Assembly: GCF_000143415.4 (NCBI RefSeq)
Contig: NW_003314261.1
Location: 4,856,418 to 4,920,417 of the forward strand
From: Selaginella moellendorffii
Lineage: Eukaryota; Plantae; Lycopodiophyta
Direction of reading: 5' to 3'
Length of the DNA: 64,000 nucleotides
In this document: positions 38,580-49,551 of the stretch, in pieces
Position numbering within the stretch: the stretch's first letter is position 1
Layout of the letters: the number at the start of each line of letters is the position of its first letter
The notes under the pieces: generated by a model
What the model saw: only the letters and a program-made list of their open reading frames with translations
The model's database searches: none
Told to the model about the DNA's origin: nothing
Made by a program: the position numbers and the translations under genes

Positions 38580-41500
38580 AAGACTTTTGTCTTGTCACTT
38601 GGAAGATGTTCCAGCTTGCTCCTCATTTTCACACCGTTGTATGCTCCTCTTCTTCTCATGGCACTCCTGAAACATCTGTCTGGAGAAGCTGCCACAGCTC
38701 CCCCTTCCCAGAAAAATGCAGAATTTCGACTCTAGATCATGAGAGATATCCGAATTTGAAGAAGAGATCTGCTACTTCTTCTTCTTCCTTGCTTGCTTGA
38801 GTCTTCTCTCTCCTCTCTCTCTCTCTCTCCTTTCTTTTTTTTGACGAGCTAATAATCAAGAAGAAGCTCCATCCCAGCTATGATGATATTTCTCCATTTA
38901 AGCTCTTTTCTCACTCGCTCGCTCTCTCTCTTCTCTTTCCTGTGTCTCTGTCCCAGAGCTGTGATGCCTTGCCCGGGTCTTTCGAATGCCCATTAAATGG
39001 CCAATTGCTTCCCCGCTCGCTTCACAATCACAGCCCCCTCCACGAGAAGAAGAAGAAAAAAGAGAGAGAAGAAGCTAAAGAAAATTCAAAGAAGAGGAGG
39101 AAGCAAACTCCTTTATAGCCTGTGAGACGAATCCCCGCGATTGCAATTCGAATGAAACAGAAGAAGCAGCAGCCGCAGCAAAGGAGCGACGACGAGTAGG
39201 ATCGTCTGTACGTGTCACCAGAAATCCCATTCAGGATTTGGACAGTGCTGTATGGATCTCCAACTTGAGTTTTATACGCTCCGGGATGGAGACCTGTGGC
39301 CAAACAAACTTCCTGATCGATTCCAAAAACCACGGTCTACAAGACCATGGAAGCAAAAGAAAAAAAGTAAAAAAAAAATGTGAGAGAGTGAGGAGAGGAT
39401 GATGAAGAAGAAGAGGCGATGGAGGCGATGGAAGAGATTCACGGAAGAAAAGTAAAAACCGCGTGGGTTTCGTATGGGGTTGGGTTACTTATATGAAGGG
39501 GCCGTGTCATACGGCATTGTACGGAAGTTCATGGTTTTTTGGAGACGGTTTATAATGGGAACCTTTTGCCGTGTGACAAGATTGGAGTGATGATTGTGGA
39601 CGGTGACCATCAACAAGATGGAGCTGGGCGGGGAAGCTCATGAAACAAGTGTGATCTCGCGAGACAACTTTGGAATGAACTTCCTTTGCTTGCTATAGAT
39701 TTTGTGTGGCTTAGATTTGGATTTCGCAAGGGAATCCACGAGAGGGCGGTAGTCTAGTGTCTCTCTCTTTCTCTCTCATATGTAGCTTTCAATCCTTTCT
39801 TTTCGAGTGTTTGTTTGTATTGTACAGCCATATTGCGAGTGATTCTTTAGAGCTTAGAGTGGAGCCCATATCTCTCTCCTTTGTGGGGTTCTTCATTGGA
39901 AGAGCTCTCGCTTTTGGGACCTCTTCCCCTGAGCTTCTCCGAAGAAGGCGAGAAAGAGTCACACAGGAATGAGAAGTTTCTTTCGTTAAAACACCCCGCA
40001 CTTTATAACAAAGAGCGGGGTGGTGGTCCTGGAGTAACGGAATCTAGCAAGAGATCCTTTCTCTTAGAGGTTCTAGATTGGAGCAAGGGTTCCCACCCAA
40101 GATATCTTTCGATCCACCAAAGAGAAAAAAAAAAGAAGAGAAAAATACTGTTTGCTTGTCAACTTGCGAGCTCGTGTGTGTGCGTTTGCCATGAAAACAC
40201 GGCATCCACCGCCAAAGTTGTCACAGTATGTACGGAAGGGGCTTTTGGATCTCCTGTCCATCCGTGAAAAATGGGCGAGTAAGGAGGCAAGGGGATGGAG
40301 ATGCAACAACCCAACTCAGCCCCACCTACACAAAAAACGCCTCCGCGGGACTGATTACGGGGAGGTCATCGCGGCCAAGACTTGTGCCCCACGTCTGTTT
40401 GTTGCTCTCATCTCATGTCCTTCTAGACATTGAACGTGAGCGGGTCAAACTTCTTGCTTGTTTTTTTTTTTCGTTTATTTTTCCTTTTGTTTTCCGTTTT
40501 TTTAACTTCATTTTTTTTTTGTATAGAATTGTGTAAGAGCCCAACACGGCAGTATTCCCCCGTACGGTAGAATCTCAATCCCGTGAGCACACATGATCAG
40601 GAAAAGAAACCTAATGTTCTAGCCCCGCCACCTTTTCTGAACCTTTAAAGAATCTCTCCCCGAGATCACACAACCAACACCGCTTTTGGGCGATGAGGTC
40701 ATCAGGCACGCAACAGTGTAACACGGCAATGAGATCATCTTCGTCTTCGCCACCGAGCGAGTCGATGACTCCCAAATCAATCGCCTGTCATCAATCACAC
40801 ACACCATCATCATCAGAGGAAGGAGATCAGTCTTCAATCAAATACTCATCTACGTATACTTTCCAAGAACACCATACACGTGAGAGATAAACAGGATACA
40901 CCCTACGTCACCGCTTTGCAAGTTGTACAGCATTCTGCGAGACCAACCCGAATTTCCCTGACCCAGGGGGATATTCCCCACCACCATTTCGCTAGCAGCG
41001 AGTTTCGGACACCATCAGCAGAGATCAGTCAGCTGGCTGATCCGCTTTTGCCTGATTGTTAACTCTCGAAAGCGTGACGGGTGGTGTGACGGGGAGCATT
41101 TACCAAAGCCTGGCATTTTGCCAGCAAAGTAACTTGAGTTGAGAGCGCTTTTACGTGCTGAGCTAAGCACAGCATCACGCAAACTAGAGCCAGTATCAGG
41201 CAGGTTTCTGGTAACTAGCTAGTTACATAAGAAAATTAAATGAAAAAAGAGGAAAAGGTGGCGAGCAAAGTTTGGTGAGGAACTAATAAAAGTAGATGTG
41301 GACATGCATGCCACAATTTGCAACTGGGCAATTGCATTGCAGCATGCATGCACAGTATTGTTGTTGTTGTTGTAAATTATTGCAGGAGGCTATCAATCTG
41401 CAACAAATTCACCCTCTCTCTGTGGGGACTCGCCGGCTGTTTGATCCAAAAGAAGTTGCTCCAAATGCACCACTCCCTCTTTCTTTAGAGGAGAAGAGAA

Positions 41501-44466
41501 AGCCCCAAAGTGTGAGTGAGTGACAACAGCAAATACCCCACTTCCTCTTGCTTTTCTGGAGGCTTTTTTTCCTTTCAAAGTTTCCCCTTGCTTTTTGTCC
41601 CTGCCCACTTTTATAACATGCAAGGAGCCAAAAAGATGTGTGCCTTGGCAAAATGCCCAAATGGCCACTTGCAAGCCAGGTCAAAGGGGTTTTACATGGA
41701 AGCCTTGAAAAAAATTAAAATGGGGGTGGAGAATTGCAGCTGGTCAAAGCTTTTATATGCATATGAAGGGATCGTGGTTTCACTACAGTGTCCCAGTGAC
41801 AGGCCAGACCGTCTTGAATTTGCGATTTGAATGGTGGCCCGAGAATGAATTCCAATGAATGGTGGGCTTGTTCAAACTTCTCCAGAAGAGTCAACCCTTC
41901 TGGGCCTTTGTTTACTCTGGCTTTTACTGCTGTGTAAGCGGCATTTTTTATTTCACCTCGTGGTGAAGTTCTTACCTTGGATGGTGAAATTAATAAATGT
42001 TAGAAACGTAGTAAACAAGAAGTGATTTCCTTAGATTGACAAGACTCTAGGCAAATATCAAATCTTATACATGGGCTGAAATCTTTGGATTTATGGAACG
42101 AACAATGGTAAGGTAACCAGATTTTCTTGCATAGTGTGATGGGGTGAAAAATTACCACATCAAAGTTGGCAGATCAGCAAAAATTAACGCATCACCCTGA
42201 TGTCACTGGGATCTCCACCCGTTTGTTTCTATTAACAAAATGCCTAAACCGGATTAAGCACCTTTTAAAGGAGGCGTATACAGGCCGCCATTCGCGAGTG
42301 TTCGTGTTCCACGCGCACAGACCGCGCGAATTATTTTAAACGTCGTGCAGATTGGTGGTGGTCCAAAAAGAATTTGCTTAGAAAAATGGCCAGCCTTGTT
42401 CTTCTTGTGTTCACAAGAAAGAAACTAAAGAAAGATCAATCTTACTTGTCGCTGGCTCGAATCAAACAAGGAGCGAATGGAAACAACCAAGCCAAGCCTG
42501 GAACAGAGAGGTTAGAGGAAGAAAGGAAAGAAAGGAAAAGAGAAAACTATGGAGAGATTGCTTACCAGAAACCAGGAATGGGGGATCCCAGCCTAACTCT
42601 TCTCCCACTCGTGATCAGTGAGAAATGAATCGAGAGCGACTCGTAAAGCTCGCTTTCATTCGCTCGGCGGCCTGCTTAAAAATCCGATTGAAAGGGACGA
42701 GCAACAAACGAACCAAACTGCAAGTGCCACTTAAATCAGTGAATTGTCCAAGAAAAAGAAAAAAAGCAAGTGGATTACTTACGAGAGACCAGAGAATCAG
42801 TAACCAGGGGCAAGAACACTGTTGTTTGCCACTCCGAGCGAGAGAATCTCCTCCAAAGTACTAAAATGGCGATGAAAGTGATCTTCCACAACTGTAGAGT
42901 TTGGTCCCCACTGCCTCAGTGGTGCTCCTCCTCTAGAAAAGTTCGCGCACACTTCTCAAGGATACTTATATCTCCATCTTTTTTTTTTCCCTCTCTTTTT
43001 TTCCTGTTTTTTTCGGTTTTTTTTTTCCTCTCTCTCAGCTGATTCTTACCTCCATGGAGTTCCTGCAAGTGGCTTCGTCCGACAAAGATAGACCACGCAG
43101 GGGACGAACTTGGGCATCAAGACTGCTCCTTTACTCTTTTTTTTTGTCGATTAAAATCCGCGACGCTTTGGTCCGAGTCCTGGCAGACAGCGGCCGCATG
43201 CATGAGTAGCAGAATTAATCAGCTTGCCTCCCACTAACCTCGACGTGCTTGGAGCCTGTTCCTTGTTTGTTTGGTTTGATACTTCTCCTCCGGCTTAGCA
43301 TTTCTCCGCCTTTTCTTTAATGGTACCAAGGCATCTCTCATCCAAATCCCCTCTGTTCCAGCCACCACCATTCATGCCAGGCTCCGCTCTCGAGGCCTTC
43401 CGATTCTTCCTTTCGCGATTTCCCGTGAGCTTTCCCTGTTCCACACATATATCCTCGGGATGGCCAGTTAGAAGCGATGAATATTTCAAGTAGAAAAGCA
43501 CAAGGAATCAATGGATGCAAAGCAAGCAAGCAAGCAAAGCGCACGCAAGCAAGGCAAGCAGTGCTCCCTGGAAAACTGAGCTCCGACAGGATGGTCAAGT
43601 GTCACCTTTACTTCACACACATTGTCCTGCTCCTCGTATTTTCTAAAGCCAGAAGAAGTTTTCCTTCTGGTATCGAGCTCCTCCCACTGGACTGTGTCCT
43701 TGAGTCGCTAGAAGTTAGATATCTGGCATAGAAAACGAGTCAAGCTGGGTACCTGGCTTATAAATCGATAGCCTCTCGGCACATCACAGCGTCACAGCAG
43801 CAGCATTGGATTCAATGAAGCATGTGTAGTTTATAGTCGGGCTTTGGAGCAAGTAGAGCGTGTAGCATGGAAACACGATCACCGATTGGTACAATGGCGG
43901 CACTAAAAAAGGAAGAAAAAGAAAACAAAGTTAATGGCTTCTCGGCCAGTCCACTCTTGGTGACAGACCTTACGCTGGTTGGCCCCCACAAAACTTAAAA
44001 GAAGAGCGTGGACGCGTTAGCTCCTTAGCCGCGTCCCTGGAAAGAAAAAAAAACTCACTGTCAATATCTGAGGAAAACGAAGTGAACTAGCATGTCCGAC
44101 TCGAAACAGGAATGCAGAAACAAAAACGAAACAGTTTCCACCAGAAACAAGAAAGAACAGAGGCCTTACCGCGAGACGTGAAAAAACGGGAGGAAGAAGA
44201 ACTTAAGATTGTGTAGAAGAGGATAACTCAGTCATGGATAAAAAAACAGAATTGTCGCTGCCACTGTCTCCCACTACAGAATCCAAAAAAAAGAAGGAGA
44301 ATTAGAACCGGAAGGTAAAAACAAAGAGAAAGAACATACCAAATCAAACGTAAAACAAAGCGAAAGAACGAAAGGCCAATGGCGAAGAACAAAAGGAAAT
44401 GAAAACCAAAGCGAAATGAATGAAGAAGAAAGAAGGGAGATGAGAAAGCGAAAGAACTTACCACTC

Positions 44467-45960
44467 TTAGATGCTTGCGAGCAAGACATAGGCGGCACCT
44501 TTCCTCGGATTCAAGTCGACAATCCGGTTGGAGGCTCTGGACCCGCGCTCGCCATCGCGGTGCGTGGAGCAAGACGCGAGCAGGCACGTCCAGTCGAGAG
44601 GCTCCGGCACGAAAGGCATGGTTTGCAACAGCTCCTCGGCCTCCCTCACGTATCCGGCTCGTCCCAGCAAGTCCACCACGCAGCAGTAGTGCTGCTTGGT
44701 CGCCTTCGCGCAGTAGTCCAGCCGCATCGAAACGAAAGCGCCCAAGCCGCACTCCACGTCGCCCAGATGGCTCGCGGCGATGATCACGCACACAAACGAT
44801 ATCTCGTTGGGCATCTCCACCGCCTTCATCGCCTGGAAGAGATCGATGGCCTCGCGCCAGAGCCCGTTGGAAGCGTAGCCCGTGAGAATCGCGTTCCAGG
44901 ACGAGACGTTCCTCTCCGGCAGCGAGCAGAAGAGCGCGAGCGCCTCGTAGAGTCGCCCGTTCTGCGCATACGCCGAGAGCATCGCGTTCCAGGCGATGGA
45001 ATCCCCTCTCTCGATCGTGTGGAACATCTCTAGCGCGCGGTCGAGGCAGCCATTCTGCGCGTACGCACTGAGCATCGCGTTCCAGGCGACGAGATCGGGA
45101 TCCTTGATCCTGTCAAACATCTCTTTCGCGTCGCGCAAATGCCCGCTTTGGGCAAATGCCGTGAGCATCGAAGTCCAGGAGATGGTATCCCTTTGCTCCA
45201 TCGCATCAAACACTGCCTTGGCCTCTGCGAGGTGATCGTTCTGCGCGAACGCGGAGATCATTGAATTCCACGACGCTACCGATCGCTCGGGCATGGAATC
45301 GAAGACGTGCTTGGCGTACTCGAGATGCCCGGCCTGGGCATACGCGTGGAGCATCGCGTTCCACGCGATCGCGTCCCTCTCGCGCATCTCATCGAAGACG
45401 AGCTTCGCATTGCCGAGATCGCTGTTCTGGGTGTAGGCCGAGAGCATCGCAGTCCAGGTGATGAGATCTCTCTCGGGCGCGCGATCGAAGAGGGATTTCG
45501 CCTCGGTCAAGAGGCCGCGCTGCGAGTAGGCCGCAAGAACAGCGTTCCAGGACACGAGATCCCGCCACGGCATTCCTCGATCGAACAGCGCCTTTGCCTG
45601 CGCGAGATTGCCCAACCGCGCGTACAGATCCAGCATCGTCGTGGCGATGACTAGATCCTGCTCGGGCATCGCGTCGAAGATCCGCTTGGCGTGCTCCAGA
45701 TCGCCCGCCTGCGCGTACGCGGACAGCATGATCGCCCAGGAGAAGCAGTTCTTGGGCGCGATCTTGTCGAAGATGGCGCGCGCGAGCTCGATGCTGCCGC
45801 ATTTGGCGTAGCGCTGGAGGAGCATGTTGGCGATCTTCACGTCCTCCGAGAGCAGATGGCGGATACTAGCGTGGATTTTCTTGATGGAGTGGATGCTTCT
45901 CGCGGATTGGATGAGCTGCAAACACTCGCGCTGATCTAGAAGATCCGGAATTGGCGGCAT
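44467..45960 (-). CDS. PLS-class PPR protein with E domain, no DYW; intronless
   Basis: Tandem ~31-aa repeats (AWNAMLSAYAQNG..A..FD.M.ERD), HYCCVVDLLGRAG, MPFVPEPLDWTCLL, ends GAAYVLLASI*; first ATG at 45960. Confidence 0.93.
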   Translation of the reverse strand: MPPIPDLLDQRECLQLIQSARSIHSIKKIHASIRHLLSEDVKIANMLLQRYAKCGSIELARAIFDKIAPKNCFSWAIMLSAYAQAGDLEHAKRIFDAMPEQDLVIATTMLDLYARLGNLAQAKALFDRGMPWRDLVSWNAVLAAYSQRGLLTEAKSLFDRAPERDLITWTAMLSAYTQNSDLGNAKLVFDEMRERDAIAWNAMLHAYAQAGHLEYAKHVFDSMPERSVASWNSMISAFAQNDHLAEAKAVFDAMEQRDTISWTSMLTAFAQSGHLRDAKEMFDRIKDPDLVAWNAMLSAYAQNGCLDRALEMFHTIERGDSIAWNAMLSAYAQNGRLYEALALFCSLPERNVSSWNAILTGYASNGLWREAIDLFQAMKAVEMPNEISFVCVIIAASHLGDVECGLGAFVSMRLDYCAKATKQHYCCVVDLLGRAGYVREAEELLQTMPFVPEPLDWTCLLASCSTHRDGERGSRASNRIVDLNPRKGAAYVLLASI

Positions 45961-46053
45961 TCTTCCCAAGAACCCTTAAAATCAGGGCCCCTGTTATTAG
46001 GGTTCTTGATTTCAAATGTAAAAACCCTAAAAAACAGGGGGTTTCTTTATATT

Positions 46054-47349
46054 TCAAGTCATATAAGTGTAGCATAGAAGTGTCTTGGTTGGAGGCTGAT
46101 CCAAAATTCTCCTGGATCCAACCGGCAATCCATACATTCTTTTCCACTCTACGTGATTCCTAGAGCTGGAGTGATGGATTTTCCCCCTCCATATGACCCA
46201 TTCTTTGAAGAATGGAGCCTGATCAAGAGCTTCTCTAGAAACTGCGAAAAGATCACCATGCACCACCAAAAGGTCCTTGATTTTCCCACCGCCCAGAAGC
46301 TCATCCTCGATTGGAACCCAATTCTTCTCCATTGATACATTACACCACATAATATCGCCCTCTTCTTCTCTGTACATAACAACGTTGATCGCATCGACCT
46401 CCATAGCCGGATGAAAGCAGCTTCGATTCACCACTGTGAGCCCTTTCACGGCCACTGCATCTTCCACTTGATCTTCCAGCTGTGGAACCCTGGGGAGCTC
46501 CTCCTCGATCTTCCACTCGTTACAGCGATCGTCGTACCTCACAACATTGATCGCAAGGCGATCCCAGTCCTTGACGAATCCATACATATCCTCCTTGGCG
46601 CAAGAGCTCAACGAGGAAGACGAAGATGCGATATCGCGGTATCGTTTCTCTGTTGCCGGTGGAGCCGATCGCACCTTTCCCGAGGATCTTCCGGATGATG
46701 GCTGTGGTGGCGAGCCCAAGCTACGAGTGATTCCAACGTTGCTACACATCCATTTCCCAGCGATGGCGTAGACATCATCGCGTTCCATGTCATAAACCAG
46801 ACACTCGGTCCTATACTCATTCCCGAGCTTCTTCTTTGGAGACCACTGCGAGTAGAGTTTGCCTTTGAACGCTACGGAATCCTTCCAGCCGGCAGCGCCG
46901 ATCACCGGGAACAAATCCCACAACCACTTCCCTCGCCCAATGTCGAGCTTGGCGATCATGTCTCGCCCCTCACCACAGCCCTCTTTTCTAATCGTCCAGA
47001 CAAGGATCATCCCTGACCAAGCCACCATTCTTGGTTGCCCTTGAGCATAGACCCGGATCTCTGGAAGCTTGATCCAGCCTTTGCCAGGCTCCTGGATCAA
47101 AGGAGCGAGATTGATCTTTTTGTCCCAGTCAGCATAGGTGCACACGAGATCTAGATCCCAGAGACGTGGGAGCTGGAGCTCACGAGTTCTAAGCTCCAGG
47201 GCGGGGTCTGGAGTGTCGAGGAGGGATTTCCAGGCCTTGGAGAGAGCACGACATACCGGGCGAGTGTAGCATGGCAGCCTTGGAAGGATGTGTGCGACGA
47301 GCAAACGATCTGGCAGTCCTGGAAGTATACTATCGATCGCTTCTGCCAT
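46054..47349 (-). CDS. F-box protein with degenerate kelch/beta-propeller-like C-terminus; intronless
   Basis: ILPGLPDRLLVAHILPRLP..CRALSKAWKSLL F-box of the F-box/kelch type; Trp-containing beta-strand repeats. Confidence 0.75.
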   Translation of the reverse strand: MAEAIDSILPGLPDRLLVAHILPRLPCYTRPVCRALSKAWKSLLDTPDPALELRTRELQLPRLWDLDLVCTYADWDKKINLAPLIQEPGKGWIKLPEIRVYAQGQPRMVAWSGMILVWTIRKEGCGEGRDMIAKLDIGRGKWLWDLFPVIGAAGWKDSVAFKGKLYSQWSPKKKLGNEYRTECLVYDMERDDVYAIAGKWMCSNVGITRSLGSPPQPSSGRSSGKVRSAPPATEKRYRDIASSSSSLSSCAKEDMYGFVKDWDRLAINVVRYDDRCNEWKIEEELPRVPQLEDQVEDAVAVKGLTVVNRSCFHPAMEVDAINVVMYREEEGDIMWCNVSMEKNWVPIEDELLGGGKIKDLLVVHGDLFAVSREALDQAPFFKEWVIWRGKIHHSSSRNHVEWKRMYGLPVGSRRILDQPPTKTLLCYTYMT

Positions 47350-47493
47350 GAAAATCCACTGGAGCTTCTTCCTGTTTTGGTAGGTTTGATGACGGACCAC
47401 ACGAAGTTATAGATGAACCAAAAGGCTAAAGTTAAAAGAGAATATTCTTTGGCAGGATTTGAATATTCTGTGAATTCAAAAGTTTAGGGTTTT

Positions 47494-49446
47494 ATGGATG
47501 CCACAGAGCTTCTCAGATCCTGCAAGACGCTGCCAGCGCTGCGCGAAGCCAATGCTCGAATCCAGCACCTCCTCCCCAATTCCGCTCTGCTCGCGTCTTC
47601 TCTCATCCGGGCGTATGGAAGACTTGGCAGCATCCGCGACTCCCGCCGTGTTCTTGACGAGCTCGCGAATCCCCATCCCTTTTGCTGGATGGCGCTCCTC
47701 TCGGCCTACGCATCCAACGGGCTCCTCGACGAGGCCGAGGATCTCTTCCACCGGATGCCGGAGATCTGGGACGTCGTCGCCTGCTCGGAGATGCTGCTCG
47801 CCGTCGCGCGCTCGCCGCATGGCAGGCGATCGCCGCAACGCGCCCGGGCGATCTTCGACGCCATGCCCGCGCGCGATTCCATCGCCTGGACCGCCATGGT
47901 CGCGGCCTACACCAGCGCCGGAGAGCTCGCACGCGCCCACAGCCTCTTCCTCGCCATGCCCGAGCACGACATGGTCGCGGCCACCATCCTCCTCGACGCG
48001 CACGCCAAGATCGGCGACGCCGCGGCCGCGCGTGCCCTCTTCTCTGCCATGCGCTTCACGGACCAGATCTCTTGCACCGCAATGCTCACCGCACTGGGCG
48101 AGGCCGGGCATCTGGAAGATGCGGAGAGGATCTTCGCCGGCATGCCCGAGAGGGGCATTGTCTCCTCCACCGCGATGCTGGTGGCGCACGCCCAGGCCGG
48201 GCACCTGGAAGATGCCAAGCGGATATTCGACGCCATGCCCGCCGTGAATGTGGTCGCTTCTAACGCCATGCTCTACGCATATGCCGAGGCCGGGAATCTC
48301 CGGATCGCGCGGCGGATGTTTGACGAGATGGACGAGCGCGATCTCGTGTCGTGGAACGCAATGCTGTCGGCATATGCCCAGGCGGGGGACCTCCACGAAG
48401 CTTCGCGGCTGCTTGACCGGATGAAGGAGTGGAACACGGTGTCGCTGACCGTGCTGGTGGCGGCGCACGGTCGGGCCGGGAATCTAGGCGAATCCAAGCG
48501 GATCTTTGACCAGATACAAGACCACAACGTCGTGGCGCGCAATGCGATGCTGGGGGCATTTGCGCAGGCCGGCCACGTCGGCGAGGCCCAGTCGTTGTTT
48601 GACTCCATGCTGGAGAGGAACGTGGTGACTTGTAACGCGATGCTAGCGGCAAATGCCCAAAACGGCCATCTGGAAGAAGCTAGATTTTTGTTTGATACCA
48701 TGCAGGAGTGGAATTTAGTATCATGGAACACAATGTTGGATGGCTATGCCAGATTAGGATTTTTAGATTACGCGTTAGAACTCTTTTCGAGGATGAAGTT
48801 TCGCGATCTAGTGACATGGAACACGATGATCACAGCAAATGCCCAGAATGGGTATCTAGGCAAAGCTAAATCTTTATTCTACCAAGCACAATCACGAGAT
48901 ATTGTTTCATGGACAGCAATCGTCTCGGCACACGCCCAACACGGAGAAATCACTCAAGCATCGCGCTTTTACTTGTCAATGCCAGAGAGGGACCTTGCAG
49001 CCTGGAACGCAATGCTCGCAGCATTTGCCCAGAACGGGCATTCCCGGACGGCTTGCGAGCTCTTCCCGGGGATGAAAATGGTGGAGCGTCCAGACGACGT
49101 ATCCTTCCTCTTGGTCCTCCACGCCACCGGACACCTGGGCGAGGTCTCTCGAGGCTTGAGCTTGCTGGCTTCCATGAGCTCCGACTATGGATTGACGCCC
49201 CGGAAGCTCCACTACTCTTGCATGGTCGATCTTCTCGCTCGCTCGGGATACTTGAGTGACGCCCAAGCTCTCATCGATTCCATGCCTTATGTCGAGGACG
49301 CCATGGAGTGGACTTGCCTCTTGGCCGCTTGCAAGGGCCACAAGGACGTCCACTTTGGCGCTCTCGCTGCAAAGAGAGTTCTCTCGTTAAAACCAAGTAA
49401 TCCTGGAGCGTACGTAATGCTTGCCAATGTGTATCGCAAATCCTGA
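47494..49446 (+). CDS. PLS-class PPR protein with E domain, no DYW; intronless
   Basis: Many VSWNAMLSAYAQAG-type repeats, HYSCMVDLLARSG, GAYVMLANVYRKS*. Confidence 0.95.
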   Translation: MDATELLRSCKTLPALREANARIQHLLPNSALLASSLIRAYGRLGSIRDSRRVLDELANPHPFCWMALLSAYASNGLLDEAEDLFHRMPEIWDVVACSEMLLAVARSPHGRRSPQRARAIFDAMPARDSIAWTAMVAAYTSAGELARAHSLFLAMPEHDMVAATILLDAHAKIGDAAAARALFSAMRFTDQISCTAMLTALGEAGHLEDAERIFAGMPERGIVSSTAMLVAHAQAGHLEDAKRIFDAMPAVNVVASNAMLYAYAEAGNLRIARRMFDEMDERDLVSWNAMLSAYAQAGDLHEASRLLDRMKEWNTVSLTVLVAAHGRAGNLGESKRIFDQIQDHNVVARNAMLGAFAQAGHVGEAQSLFDSMLERNVVTCNAMLAANAQNGHLEEARFLFDTMQEWNLVSWNTMLDGYARLGFLDYALELFSRMKFRDLVTWNTMITANAQNGYLGKAKSLFYQAQSRDIVSWTAIVSAHAQHGEITQASRFYLSMPERDLAAWNAMLAAFAQNGHSRTACELFPGMKMVERPDDVSFLLVLHATGHLGEVSRGLSLLASMSSDYGLTPRKLHYSCMVDLLARSGYLSDAQALIDSMPYVEDAMEWTCLLAACKGHKDVHFGALAAKRVLSLKPSNPGAYVMLANVYRKS

Positions 49447-49551
49447 CTCCAGAAAGAAAGCTCGAAACTAGATGGATTCCATAGTTCCTGAGAACTGGAA
49501 GAACAAGGTGTAAGCCACTGTTACTTACATGTATGAACACTATATGCTCTT

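Noticed and set aside
39885-39980. Possible miRNA-like hairpin
   Set aside because: Pairing is short and heavily bulged, with no match to conserved miRNAs that I know
44228-45939. Many overlapping Arg-rich ORFs across the PPR genes (and likewise across the ERF and WRKY genes)
   Set aside because: Off-frame and antisense artefacts of GC-rich coding sequence
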